Positions 16,257 to 29,471 of a DNA stretch of 64,000 nucleotides are shown in pieces. The notes below the pieces were generated by a model. That model saw only the letters and a list, made by a program, of their open reading frames with translations, did not search any database and was not told the origin of the DNA. How positions within the stretch are numbered: the first letter of the stretch is position 1; each line of letters opens with the position of its first letter. Source of the stretch: Eledone cirrhosa. Its lineage: Eukaryota. The position numbers were made by a program, and so were the translations under genes. The DNA lies in the NCBI GenBank assembly GCA_964016885.1, contig OZ024740.1, forward strand, positions 136,524,001-136,588,000, given 5' to 3'.

Positions 16257-19200
16257 TCATCATCAGGTTTAGCGTCCGTGTTCCACGCTTGCATGGGTTT
16301 GGACGGGGGTTTTCCCACTTGAGGCAAGAGTGGTTGTCTTGCTCGCATAGGACTGTCTGGCGGGTTTTCTACAGTTGGATGCCCTTCCTAACACCAACCA
16401 CATTTACAGTGTGGGGCTGGGAGGTTTTTACCGTGTTGCCTACACGGCCACATTACAGCGTGGACTGTCTGGCGGGTTTTCTACAGCTGGATGCCCTTCC
16501 TAACACCAACCACATTTACAGTGTGGGGCTGGGAGGTTTTTACCGTGTTGCCTACACGGCCACATTTACAGCGTGGACTGTGTGTTTTTTGTCGTGACAC
16601 CTACACGATCTCATTTGTTTCGGCCTGGATGTTGTGGGACCAACATAACTTTACATTGAAAGGGGCGGTGTGGGTGGGGTGGAGGTGGTGGGACGGGGAT
16701 GTGTTTTGATAGAGGTGCCTACTGACTGTAGTAGGTTTTTACTTTGTATTTAGGTAAGGCGGGTCTTCTCTATTACTGAGTACCGCCAAAGGTCTCGGTC
16801 CAGTGACATTGTCTTGGAGAGGTGTAAGCGTGTGAGGTCGGAATTTATCAGCTCGTCCCATGTTTTTCTGGGTCTGCCTACTCCGTGGCTACCGTCTATC
16901 TTTATTGCCCTGCACTTTGTTATACAGCTGTCGTCTTTCATGCGCATCACGTGACCGTACCAACGTAGCCTTCTCTCGAGTAAACAACATCTGATCCCTC
17001 TTATTTCTAATTTTTTTCTTAGTTCGTTTATGCTTTGCCGTTCACGTATATTACTATTGCACATCCAGCGGAGCATGCAAGCTTCGTTCCTCTCTAGTCT
17101 GCGTATATCCTCTGCACACAATGCCCAGGTCTCACTGCCATGCAGCATTGCTGTTCGTATGCAGGCATCGTATAACCTGCCTTTCATTTTTACGGAGAAC
17201 CCTCTAGCGGCTAATAGTGGTATAAGCTCTCTGAACTTTTTCCATCCAGTTCTGACTCTAGCTACTGTACTTTCAGAGCACCCTCCCCCACTGCTGATTT
17301 TGTCACCCAGATAACGGAAGCTGTCCACTATTTCTATAGAACCCTCTGCGCAGTTGAAGGAGCTAGTATTTTGTGGGCACTTGCTGCTACTTATTGCACC
17401 AGAGCACCGGCCACATGTAAAATCTATGTTCTTAGTTAGCTTACCTGTGATCCCACTACATCTTTTATGCACCCATACTTTGCATTTGGGACATAAAATG
17501 GAGTTTCTACCTACGCCTTTCCTACACACTGAGCATGGCCATTTCCCCGATGGGACCGCCGCCTTATTTTCTTTCCTACAAACTAGAACTTTAGTCTTAG
17601 CCAGGTTAATTTTAAGGCCTTTTGATTCTAGGCCGTGCTTCCACGTTTGGAATTTCTTCTCTAGTTCGGTCATTGATTCAGCTATGAGCGTTAGATCATC
17701 TGCGTATAGGAGTTCCCATGGGCAGCCGGTCTTGAACTCCTCTGTTATAGCCTGAAGGGCAATAATAAATAGTGGGGGGCTAAGTACAGAGCCCTGATGG
17801 ACACCAACTTTTACGCTAAACTCTTCACTATATTCGTTGTTAATTCTAACCTTACTGACTGTTTCTTTATACATGGCTTGTATAGCTCTCACAAGCCATT
17901 CGTCAACACCTAGTTTTCTAAGAGACCACCAGATAATGGAACGGGGGACTCTGTCGAAGGCTTTCTCCAAGTCGACAAAAGCTAAGTATAGGGGTTTACT
18001 TTTAGCTAGGTACTTCTCCTGTAGTTGTCGTACAATGAAAAGAGCGTCTGTGGTACTTTTGCCTGACACAAACCCGAACTGCATTTCATCTAGATCAATT
18101 CTCTCTCTGATTAGTTGCGCTATTACTTTTTCCGTGACCTTCATGACCTGGTCGATTAATTTAATGCCTCTATAGTTACTCCTATCTAGGGCATCTCCTT
18201 TTCCCTTATAGCAGTTAACGATGATGCTGCTACGCCATTCCTTCGGAACAACCCCATTCTGTACGACTTGGTTAACTATCCGGGTGACCATGGTGTGTCC
18301 CACCGAACCAGATGCCTTCAGCATCTCAGCAACTATTTCCGAAGGCCCAGCCGCCTTACCCGTCTTCATATCTTTGATTGCCTTACTTATTATACTACCT
18401 TCAACTAACACTGCTGGTCCCTCTATTGGATCGATCTGGGGGAGACTGTCTTTCTCCCATTTGTTCTCCTCATTTAGAAGCCTTTCGTAGTGACACTTCC
18501 AAGCTACCTTCTTATCAGCGTCGGTGATGGCAAGTATGCCATCATCGTTAAGTACACACTTCTCCCCGACAATATCACGGTTTTCCTTGACACATTGCCT
18601 GGCAATCCTGAACACCTCACGTTTTTGGTCCTCACGTTGTAGAACATGCTTGAACTTTCTTTCCTCTGCTTCCCTTCTTGCGAAGTACACTTGTCTCCTA
18701 GCTTCCCTCCTGGCCACTTGATAGTCTTCTCTACTTCCCCCATCCCGCCATACTTTCCAAGCCTGCTTTTTGGCCTTAATTGACTCCTCCACCTTACTGT
18801 TCCACCACCATGTTACTCTCCTCCTACCTACAGGCCTGCTCCAGCCACAGACTTCGTCTGCCGCTGTCAGCAGGTTTGCTCTCAGGAATTCCCACTGTTC
18901 CTCTATATTATACGACTCTAATTGCTCTTCCTTACTGTCGAAAGCGTCAAGTAATTTGCTTTGAAATTTATTTCTGGCTATGGGGTCCTTTAGCTTCCAT
19001 ATTTTTCTCCTGAGGATAGTCCTCTTTCGCTGTCTAGTACGTCTCGTCCTGACTATGAGGTCGCTAATTATCAGTCTATGTTGGGAGGTGAATTCTTCAT
19101 GGGGGTGGGATTTAGTGTTAACAACAGACACTCTGTCACGTCTTCTGGTAAGGATATAATCTACCTGGCTTGTGTGTTCCCCCGATCTATAGGTGATCAA

Positions 19201-20413
19201 GTGATTGTCTCGTTTTTTGAAGTTAGTGTTACAGATAGTTAAGTTATTTGCGTCGCAGAATTCCAGGATTCTGGAGCCTTCCTCATTTCTAGTACCGAAC
19301 CCATAGCCTCCATGGATTCCGTCATAGCCGTCACAATGTTGTCCAACGTGACCATTTAGGTCGCCTGCAATAACTATATAGTCACTGTCGGTTATTTGGG
19401 AGGTAGCGAGCATCAGTGTCTCGTAGAATCTGTCTTTTATAGCGCGGGGCTGTCCGGATTGGGGTGCGTACGCAGATATTACTGTCACCGTAGTTTTATT
19501 GAGGACAAGTCTTATTTTAATTATTCTGTCGTTCACTCTATTTACGTCTATTATCTTATCTGCCCACTTTTCTGCTACCATGATTCCTACCCCACCCAAC
19601 CCATTGTCATTTCCCACCCAGAAAAGCTTATAGCATCGCTCTTTACCCACGATGAATCTAGCCGACCCTCCCCTCCACCTGGTCTCTTGAATACAACAAA
19701 CATCGACCTCCTTACGTTCAAGCATTTCTACAACCTCGTTAGAGCGACCCTTTAAGGTGCCTACATTCATGGTACCAACTCTGAAGTTTTGGATTGCGTT
19801 TGGAGGGTGGGAGCGGTGGGGCGCGGGGGGGGATGGGGTTATGTTAGCCATCCTGGGCCGAAACAAGTAGGAGTGCTTGCATTCTCGTCCACGAGGTGAA
19901 TTTGGCTTTATCTTTGGCATTGTCGCTGAGCGTCCACATTTTTCTCTCTTCAACTCTCCAGAATTCCGTAGTCCATCCATCATATCGAAAAGCAACCAGT
20001 TAAGCGATAGTATGGGCCTCTGACTTATGATTGGTCCACGTAATAATGGTGGTGCGTGGGGGCGGGAGGGAGGGATGATGGGTTGTTAGCGAGAATGTAA
20101 GGTTTAAGATAAGATCGCCGTATTTTGGGCATGATTTAACAATAAACGAAAATACAAGATTTGTTTTGTTTAAGAAATTACGATAGAGAAAATGCGGTGA
20201 TAGGGAAAATATGATTTTTAGAGAAAAGATATGATATATAATGGTGAAAATATGATATAGTGTGAAATTAGGACATAGAAGTGATTGAATGAATGGGTTC
20301 GGATGGAGAGAAGAATCGAGAAAGAAATTGGGCATAATTTAACAATAAACGAAAATACAAGATTTGTTTTGTTTAAGAAATTACGATAGAGAAAATGCGG
20401 TGATAGGGGAAGT
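16257..20413 (-). mobile_element. apparently full-length RTE-clade LINE (family A)
   Basis: 5'UTR with an ~81-bp direct repeat (20125-20205 / 20328-20408), single long ORF, 3'UTR with an ~112-bp tandem duplication, (GAT)n tail, TA flanks. Confidence 0.95.
16750..19995 (-). CDS. RTE polyprotein: APE endonuclease, reverse transcriptase, PHD-like C4HC3 finger (first ATG at 19983)
   Basis: Uninterrupted 1081-codon ORF: TMNVGTL, CIQETRW, AYAPQ, GDLNGHVG, QVDY, SQH; NYRGIKL, FVDLEKAFD, GVHQGSVLSP, LLYADD; CSVC..CPKC..H..C..CGRC. Confidence 0.96.
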   Translation of the reverse strand: MLFDMMDGLRNSGELKREKCGRSATMPKIKPNSPRGRECKHSYLFRPRMANITPSPPAPHRSHPPNAIQNFRVGTMNVGTLKGRSNEVVEMLERKEVDVCCIQETRWRGGSARFIVGKERCYKLFWVGNDNGLGGVGIMVAEKWADKIIDVNRVNDRIIKIRLVLNKTTVTVISAYAPQSGQPRAIKDRFYETLMLATSQITDSDYIVIAGDLNGHVGQHCDGYDGIHGGYGFGTRNEEGSRILEFCDANNLTICNTNFKKRDNHLITYRSGEHTSQVDYILTRRRDRVSVVNTKSHPHEEFTSQHRLIISDLIVRTRRTRQRKRTILRRKIWKLKDPIARNKFQSKLLDAFDSKEEQLESYNIEEQWEFLRANLLTAADEVCGWSRPVGRRRVTWWWNSKVEESIKAKKQAWKVWRDGGSREDYQVARREARRQVYFARREAEERKFKHVLQREDQKREVFRIARQCVKENRDIVGEKCVLNDDGILAITDADKKVAWKCHYERLLNEENKWEKDSLPQIDPIEGPAVLVEGSIISKAIKDMKTGKAAGPSEIVAEMLKASGSVGHTMVTRIVNQVVQNGVVPKEWRSSIIVNCYKGKGDALDRSNYRGIKLIDQVMKVTEKVIAQLIRERIDLDEMQFGFVSGKSTTDALFIVRQLQEKYLAKSKPLYLAFVDLEKAFDRVPRSIIWWSLRKLGVDEWLVRAIQAMYKETVSKVRINNEYSEEFSVKVGVHQGSVLSPPLFIIALQAITEEFKTGCPWELLYADDLTLIAESMTELEKKFQTWKHGLESKGLKINLAKTKVLVCRKENKAAVPSGKWPCSVCRKGVGRNSILCPKCKVWVHKRCSGITGKLTKNIDFTCGRCSGAISSSKCPQNTSSFNCAEGSIEIVDSFRYLGDKISSGGGCSESTVARVRTGWKKFRELIPLLAARGFSVKMKGRLYDACIRTAMLHGSETWALCAEDIRRLERNEACMLRWMCNSNIRERQSINELRKKLEIRGIRCCLLERRLRWYGHVMRMKDDSCITKCRAIKIDGSHGVGRPRKTWDELINSDLTRLHLSKTMSLDRDLWRYSVIEKTRLT

Positions 20414-20429
20414 ATGATTTTTATATATA

Positions 20430-20495
<66 letters not shown>

Positions 20496-20565
20496 ATATA
20501 TATATATATATTTTATATATATATATATATTTTATATATATATATATTTTATATAAATATATATA

Positions 20566-20601
<36 letters not shown>

Positions 20602-20648
20602 AATATATATATATTTTATATATATATATATTTTTTATATATATATAT

Positions 20649-20728
20649 GGAGGCACATGGCTTAGTGGTTAGAGCATCCGCCTTGCAATCGAAAGGTTCT
20701 GAGTTCAATTCTCAGACCGAGCGATGTG
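20649..20728 (+). mobile_element. tRNA-derived SINE head only
   Basis: A box TGGCTTAGTGG, B box GAGTTCAATTC; same head as 39272-39613. Confidence 0.85.
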
Positions 20729-21032
20729 TATATATATATATATATATATATACATATTTTATATAGATATATATATATTTTATATATATAGATATATATA
20801 TTTTATATATATAGATATATACATATATTTTATATAGATATATATATATATTTTATATATATATAATATATATATATATTTTATATATATATATAATATA
20901 TATATATTTTATATATATACATAATATATATATATATATTATATATATATATATCTTTTATATATATATAATATATATATATATATTTTATATATATATA
21001 TTTTATATATATATATTTTATATATATACATA

Positions 21033-21380
21033 TCATCATTTCATCATCTTCATTTCATTTTACGTCCACTTTTCCCTGCTTGCAAGGGTGGGACGGGAAC
21101 TGATTCTGGCTTGATTTCTACAGCTGGATGCCCTTCCTAACACCAACCTCATTTACAGTTAGTGCTGGGTACTTTTTTTTACCGTGGCACCTCCACAACC
21201 ACTTCGCAGTGGAATGATAGGGACCCCAGTCCCTATCATCTCATTTCTACAGCTGAGTAAACTGGAGCAATGTGAAATAAAGTGCCTTGCTCAAGGAAAC
21301 AACACATCACCCGGGCTGAGAATTGAACTCACAACCTTTCCATTGCAAGGCCAATGCTCTAACCACTAAGCCATGTGCCT
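21033..21380 (-). mobile_element. tRNA-derived SINE with RTE-type 3' tail
   Basis: tRNA-like head, ccttgagcaaggcacttta core, RTE 3'UTR sequence and (GAT)n tail. Confidence 0.9.
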
Positions 21381-21393
21381 ATGTATATATATC

Positions 21394-23375
21394 TTTATTA
21401 AAATAACAGATTAAAGTTTAAGAAAAGAATCGCTGCTTTCACCCTTAACTGGATCTTCTGAAACTAACAAAGCTTTCCCGTCTATCTACTAATGAGCATA
21501 TTTTCAACGACCATTCCACTTATTACAATGAAGCTCTTGCTCGGGGTGGATTTGTCGATAAGGTAGCATATACAGCGTACGAAAATAGACCTAGAAGAAA
21601 TAGATCCCGTCGCATTTGTTGGTATAACCCACCATATAATATGGAGGTGGCCACACCATTAGCTAAGATCTTTCTTTCCCTTATTACGAAGCATTTTCCC
21701 CCTACACATAAATATAGTAAAATTTTAAATAGAAATACTATTAAAATTTCTTACTCTACGACTCCTAACCTTGCACATAATATCACAGCTTCAAATTTAG
21801 CTAAACTACCTAGCCGTAGGAACACGTGCAACCCTGTAGTTAGTACTAACTGTAATTGTAGGAATCAGGTTAATTGCCCCCTATCCGGGAAATGCCTCTC
21901 TAGTAACATTGTCTACAAATGTAAAGTTGAAACACCCATGTCCCGTAGGGCCTACATAGGGTTAACCGCCAATAGATTCAAGCAGCGTCTTTACATTCAT
22001 ACCCATTCTTTTCGTTACCCTCTAAGAAGGAATATGATGTCACTTTCCGCTTATATCTGGAGTCTAAAAGACAACCACACCCAATATAAGTTACACTGGG
22101 AGATCCTAGCTAGGGCTAGATCGTATAACGGAAATAAAAGACCATGTGACCTCTGCGCCGCTGAGGCTCTTGAAATACTCTACGCCACAGACCACATCTT
22201 AAACAAAAAATCTGAGGCAATTTCGGCTTGTAAACATAAATTGCACAAAACTTTCCTGTATTACAGCCCCACATTATTCCCTAATGGATAGTACGATCTA
22301 TACGTGGATATTTTACGTCTTGATGTGGTAGCTAAGTATATGTTTTGTTTATACCATTACTTATTTGCATAGGTAAGTATATATTACCTGTATGTTTTGT
22401 GAAGGTACGATTTCCTTCTCGTACGTATATTTGATTGTATATGTTATGGCGTATAATTTTATATTTTCTGGTACATATGGTTTGGTTATGTGTATACGGG
22501 TGTTTTGCATCTGTGTGAGTATGCTGGTTTGTACGTATGTAGGGTGTGTGTATATGTGTACTTCATGATTTGGTTGACTTACGTCTCCGAACATTTGTGT
22601 ATTTACATGTAGGTATGTGTGGGCGCTTGTTATATACGTATTTATTTATTTATATACGTTTATTTAATTATTTATTTATTTGTATACACGCATACACACA
22701 CACAAATATTTATATGTGCGTGGTTTTGTATACCTATGGTAAGTTTTTTTGCGTATGCTTGTGTATGTACGTATTTGTATGCGTGTATGTATTTATTTAA
22801 TTTCTATTACCTCTGTATTGTATTTATTTACTTTGTTCTTAACTCTGAAGCGGAGATTCATTCGATCTCCTAGTTAGAATTTTAGTCTACGACTTCTGCT
22901 ATACCCTTTACGTGGTTTTGTCTTTGCGTGCAATTGTTCTCTACGCTCCACATATGACTTATTATCTTCGTTTTTTTCGTTCATTGCCAGAGAACGTCTC
23001 TACGAACCATCTAAAAGAACATTAGTCTACAACCTCTTTGATACCATAAACATGGTTCTGTCTTTGCGCGTAATTGTTTTTCACCAATCCAAATAATGAT
23101 GTATTATATTCGTTTTTTCCCGTTTTCCCACGAACCAAAGTATCGTCTTCCTGTCTTCCTCCGGTTGCAACGTTTTTGAAATATCCACTTCTGCGTTTAC
23201 ATATTGACTTTGTTAGTTTCAGAAGATCCCGTTAAGGGTGAAAGCAGCAATTCTTTGCTTAAACTTTAATCTGTTATTTTAATAAATATTTGCTCTACGG
23301 CTCTTATATATTTGATATATATTTATCCTTATCGAGCCCTCTTTGGATTTTAGTTTTCAAATTTATTATTATTAC
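21394..23375 (+). mobile_element. 5'-truncated Naiad-type PLE with short inverted pLTR
   Basis: Inverted arms 21394-21472 / 23208-23286 around an EN ORF and a TG-rich 3'UTR; decayed HHR-like CAGAAGA..GAAA in the arms. Confidence 0.88.
21473..22291 (+). pseudogene. PLE thumb/linker + GIY-YIG endonuclease fragment
   Basis: Frame open from 21473 (LSRLSTNE..YYNEAL..WYNPPY); CNCR..CPL..C, IVY..YIGLT..FKQR..H, CDLC..E, LNKKSE..CKH. Confidence 0.9.
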
Positions 23376-23427
23376 TATATATATATATATATATATATCT
23401 TATATATATATATATATATATATATAT

Positions 23428-23460
<33 letters not shown>

Positions 23461-23557
23461 TATATATATATATATATATATCTTTCTTATATATATATAT
23501 ATATATATCTTATATATATATATATATCTTATATATATATATATATATTTTATATAT

Positions 23558-24047
23558 ATCATCATCATCATCATTTTACATCCGCTTTTCCCTGCTTGCA
23601 AGGGTGGGACGGGTCTTATTCAGCACAGCATCTCTCCACTCGTCACGGTCCCTCGTCATCTCCACCATGAGCTTCAATGATCTGAGGTCTGTTCTCACCA
23701 CCTCCGCCCATGTTTTTCGTGGTCTACCTCTACCACGTCTTCCTTCAACTGGCATTTCCTGGCACTTCTTCACCCATCGGTCATCCTCCATGCACATCAC
23801 ATGTCCATACCACCTCAGTCTCCTCTCCCGTACACTACATTGTTTCTCTCTCGACACATTTATGCTGGGTCGTTCGCGCACATTTACACTGCACATCCAA
23901 CGGAGCATGCTTGCCTCATTTCTCTCCAGCCGTCGCATATCATCTGCGGTTGCTGCCCATGTCTCACTACCATGCAGCATCGCGCTCCTCACACAGGCAT
24001 CATACAACCGGCCTTTCGTACGCAAGGAGAAACCCTTCTTCGTCAAC
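23558..24047 (-). mobile_element. RTE LINE 3' fragment (family C)
   Basis: ORF 23576-24049 KGRLYDACVRSAMLHGSETW..GRPRKTW; (GAT)n tail. Confidence 0.93.
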
Positions 24048-24087
24048 ATATATATATATATATATATATATATTTTATATATATATA

Positions 24088-24130
<43 letters not shown>

Positions 24131-24134
24131 ATAT

Positions 24135-24166
<32 letters not shown>

Positions 24167-24201
24167 ATATATTATATATATATATATATATTATATATAT
24201 A

Positions 24202-24233
<32 letters not shown>

Positions 24234-24642
24234 TTTTTATATATATATATATATTTTATATATATATATATATTTTATATATATATATATTTTATATATA
24301 TATATATATTTTATATATATATATATTTTATATATATATATATATATATTATATATATTATATATATATATATTTTTTTTTTTTATATATATATATATAT
24401 TTTTTATATATATATATATATTTTTTATATATATATATATATTTTATATATATATATATATATTATATATATATATATATATTTTATATATATATATATA
24501 TTTTATATATATATATATATATTTTATATATATATATATATATATATTTTATATATATATATTTTATATATATATATTTTATATATATATATTTCATTTA
24601 TATATATATATTTTATATATATATATTTTATATATATACATA

Positions 24643-24990
24643 TCATCATTTCATCATCTTCATTTCATTTTACGTCCACTTTTCCCTGCTTGCAAGGGTG
24701 GGACGGGAACTGATTCTGGCTTGATTTCTACAGCTGGATGCCCTTCCTAACACCAACCTCATTTACAGTTAGTGCTGGGTACTTTTTTTTACCGTGGCAC
24801 CTCCACAACCACTTCGCAGTGGAATGATAGGGACCCCAGTCCCTATCATCTCATTTCTACAGCTGAGTAAACTGGAGCAATGTGAAATAAAGTGCCTTGC
24901 TCAAGGAAACAACACATCACCCGGGCTGAGAATTGAACTCACAACCTTTCCATTGCAAGGCCAATGCTCTAACCACTAAGCCATGTGCCT
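24643..24990 (-). mobile_element. SINE (duplicate of 21033-21380)
   Basis: Identical at +3610. Confidence 0.9.
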
Positions 24991-25003
24991 ATGTATATAT
25001 ATC

Positions 25004-26985
25004 TTTATTAAAATAACAGATTAAAGTTTAAGAAAAGAATCGCTGCTTTCACCCTTAACTGGATCTTCTGAAACTAACAAAGCTTTCCCGTCTATCTACT
25101 AATGAGCATATTTTCAACGACCATTCCACTTATTACAATGAAGCTCTTGCTCGGGGTGGATTTGTCGATAAGGTAGCATATACAGCGTACGAAAATAGAC
25201 CTAGAAGAAATAGATCCCGTCGCATTTGTTGGTATAACCCACCATATAATATGGAGGTGGCCACACCATTAGCTAAGATCTTTCTTTCCCTTATTACGAA
25301 GCATTTTCCCCCTACACATAAATATAGTAAAATTTTAAATAGAAATACTATTAAAATTTCTTACTCTACGACTCCTAACCTTGCACATAATATCACAGCT
25401 TCAAATTTAGCTAAACTACCTAGCCGTAGGAACACGTGCAACCCTGTAGTTAGTACTAACTGTAATTGTAGGAATCAGGTTAATTGCCCCCTATCCGGGA
25501 AATGCCTCTCTAGTAACATTGTCTACAAATGTAAAGTTGAAACACCCATGTCCCGTAGGGCCTACATAGGGTTAACCGCCAATAGATTCAAGCAGCGTCT
25601 TTACATTCATACCCATTCTTTTCGTTACCCTCTAAGAAGGAATATGATGTCACTTTCCGCTTATATCTGGAGTCTAAAAGACAACCACACCCAATATAAG
25701 TTACACTGGGAGATCCTAGCTAGGGCTAGATCGTATAACGGAAATAAAAGACCATGTGACCTCTGCGCCGCTGAGGCTCTTGAAATACTCTACGCCACAG
25801 ACCACATCTTAAACAAAAAATCTGAGGCAATTTCGGCTTGTAAACATAAATTGCACAAAACTTTCCTGTATTACAGCCCCACATTATTCCCTAATGGATA
25901 GTACGATCTATACGTGGATATTTTACGTCTTGATGTGGTAGCTAAGTATATGTTTTGTTTATACCATTACTTATTTGCATAGGTAAGTATATATTACCTG
26001 TATGTTTTGTGAAGGTACGATTTCCTTCTCGTACGTATATTTGATTGTATATGTTATGGCGTATAATTTTATATTTTCTGGTACATATGGTTTGGTTATG
26101 TGTATACGGGTGTTTTGCATCTGTGTGAGTATGCTGGTTTGTACGTATGTAGGGTGTGTGTATATGTGTACTTCATGATTTGGTTGACTTACGTCTCCGA
26201 ACATTTGTGTATTTACATGTAGGTATGTGTGGGCGCTTGTTATATACGTATTTATTTATTTATATACGTTTATTTAATTATTTATTTATTTGTATACACG
26301 CATACACACACACAAATATTTATATGTGCGTGGTTTTGTATACCTATGGTAAGTTTTTTTGCGTATGCTTGTGTATGTACGTATTTGTATGCGTGTATGT
26401 ATTTATTTAATTTCTATTACCTCTGTATTGTATTTATTTACTTTGTTCTTAACTCTGAAGCGGAGATTCATTCGATCTCCTAGTTAGAATTTTAGTCTAC
26501 GACTTCTGCTATACCCTTTACGTGGTTTTGTCTTTGCGTGCAATTGTTCTCTACGCTCCACATATGACTTATTATCTTCGTTTTTTTCGTTCATTGCCAG
26601 AGAACGTCTCTACGAACCATCTAAAAGAACATTAGTCTACAACCTCTTTGATACCATAAACATGGTTCTGTCTTTGCGCGTAATTGTTTTTCACCAATCC
26701 AAATAATGATGTATTATATTCGTTTTTTCCCGTTTTCCCACGAACCAAAGTATCGTCTTCCTGTCTTCCTCCGGTTGCAACGTTTTTGAAATATCCACTT
26801 CTGCGTTTACATATTGACTTTGTTAGTTTCAGAAGATCCCGTTAAGGGTGAAAGCAGCAATTCTTTGCTTAAACTTTAATCTGTTATTTTAATAAATATT
26901 TGCTCTACGGCTCTTATATATTTGATATATATTTATCCTTATCGAGCCCTCTTTGGATTTTAGTTTTCAAATTTATTATTATTAC
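25004..26985 (+). mobile_element. Naiad-type PLE fragment (duplicate of 21394-23375; EN ORF ends 25901)
   Basis: Identical at +3610. Confidence 0.88.
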
Positions 26986-27037
26986 TATATATATATATAT
27001 ATATATATCTTATATATATATATATATATATATATAT

Positions 27038-27070
<33 letters not shown>

Positions 27071-27167
27071 TATATATATATATATATATATCTTTCTTAT
27101 ATATATATATATATATATCTTATATATATATATATATCTTATATATATATATATATATTTTATATAT

Positions 27168-27657
27168 ATCATCATCATCATCATTTTACATCCGCTTTTC
27201 CCTGCTTGCAAGGGTGGGACGGGTCTTATTCAGCACAGCATCTCTCCACTCGTCACGGTCCCTCGTCATCTCCACCATGAGCTTCAATGATCTGAGGTCT
27301 GTTCTCACCACCTCCGCCCATGTTTTTCGTGGTCTACCTCTACCACGTCTTCCTTCAACTGGCATTTCCTGGCACTTCTTCACCCATCGGTCATCCTCCA
27401 TGCACATCACATGTCCATACCACCTCAGTCTCCTCTCCCGTACACTACATTGTTTCTCTCTCGACACATTTATGCTGGGTCGTTCGCGCACATTTACACT
27501 GCACATCCAACGGAGCATGCTTGCCTCATTTCTCTCCAGCCGTCGCATATCATCTGCGGTTGCTGCCCATGTCTCACTACCATGCAGCATCGCGCTCCTC
27601 ACACAGGCATCATACAACCGGCCTTTCGTACGCAAGGAGAAACCCTTCTTCGTCAAC
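27168..27657 (-). mobile_element. RTE family C 3' fragment (duplicate)
   Basis: Identical at +3610. Confidence 0.93.
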
Positions 27658-27697
27658 ATATATATATATATATATATATATATTTTATATATATATA

Positions 27698-27740
<43 letters not shown>

Positions 27741-27744
27741 ATAT

Positions 27745-27776
<32 letters not shown>

Positions 27777-27811
27777 ATATATTATATATATATATATATA
27801 TTATATATATA

Positions 27812-27843
<32 letters not shown>

Positions 27844-28250
27844 TTTTTATATATATATATATATTTTATATATATATATATATTTTATATATATATATAT
27901 TTTATATATATATATATATTTTATATATATATATATTTTATATATATATATATATATATTATATATATTATATATATATATATTTTTTTTTTTTATATAT
28001 ATATATATATTTTTTATATATATATATATATTTTTTATATATATATATATATTTTATATATATATATATATATTATATATATATATATATATTTTATATA
28101 TATATATATATTTTATATATATATATATATATTTTATATATATATATATATATATATTTTATATATATATATTTTATATATATATATTTTATATATATAT
28201 ATTTCATTTATATATATATATTTTATATATATATATTTTATATATATATA

Positions 28251-28284
<34 letters not shown>

Positions 28285-28316
28285 TTTATGTATATATATA
28301 TATTATATATATATTT

Positions 28317-28350
<34 letters not shown>

Positions 28351-28485
28351 TATATATATATATATATATTTTATATATATATATATATTTTATATATATA
28401 TATATTTTATATATATATATATTTTATATATATATATATTTTATATATATATATATTTTATATATATATATATTTTATATATATA

Positions 28486-28519
<34 letters not shown>

Positions 28520-28776
28520 TTTATATATATATATATTTTATATATTTTATATATATATATATATATTTTATATATATATATATTTTATATATTTTATATA
28601 TATATATGTATAATTTATATATATATATATATTTTAAATATATATATATATATATATTTTATATATATATATATATATTTTATATATATATATATATATA
28701 TATCTTATATATATATATATATATATTTTATATATATATATATATATATTTTATATATATATATATATATATATTT

Positions 28777-28809
<33 letters not shown>

Positions 28810-29158
28810 GGAGGTGAGTTTTATTGTAGTACAATAAAGCAATGCAGATATCGGATAAGAAGCACTCTACAGTTTGTGGGACTGGAGTATGCATAATATA
28901 AGATCAAAAGATGGTTAAAGGAGTTCCATATATTTTATTATGCGCATTTCAAAAACAAACATCATCAAGCAATAATATTTGTGTTTTCATCAGTTGATTA
29001 AAAACTGCACTATCAACAAGTGTTTTTTTAGCCTTCATATCATGTTCTCCTGTTTTATCTGATGAAAACACAAATATTATTGCTTGATGATTTTTGTTTT
29101 TGAAATGCGCATAATAAAATATATGGAACTCCTTTAACCATCTTTTGATCTTATATTA
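28810..29158 (-). mobile_element. palindromic mini-element with decayed HHR-like core
   Basis: 100-bp arms 28894-28993 / 29059-29158, unpaired tail 28810-28893; TTGATGA..GAAA-TGCGCA-TA in the arms but stem II does not pair. Confidence 0.6.
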
Positions 29159-29161
29159 TAT

Positions 29162-29197
<36 letters not shown>

Positions 29198-29439
29198 ATA
29201 TATATTTTATACATATATATATATATATTTTATATATATATATATATATTTTATATATATATATATAGATATATATTATATATATATATATATATTTTAT
29301 ATATATATATATATATATTTTATATATATATATATATATATTTTATGTATATATATATATATTTGATATATATATATATATATTTTATATATATATATAT
29401 TTTATATATATATATATATATTTTATATATATATATATA

Positions 29440-29471
<32 letters not shown>

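Larger units (their letters stand above)
20987..28248. repeat. 3610-bp tandem duplication (SINE + PLE + RTE fragment + TA)
   Basis: All ORFs recur at +3610 with identical translations (21641/25251, 23576/27186); TA interruption patterns are also the same. Confidence 0.97.

Noticed and set aside
17030-19755. Plus-strand ORFs overlapping the RTE, and similar antisense ORFs over other LINEs
   Set aside because: Shadow frames of the retroelement ORF with no independent motifs.
23213-23260. HHR-like CAGAAGA..GAAA in the pLTR (also 21430, 25040, 26823)
   Set aside because: Core mutated, no UH site or convincing stem I; counted only as decayed.
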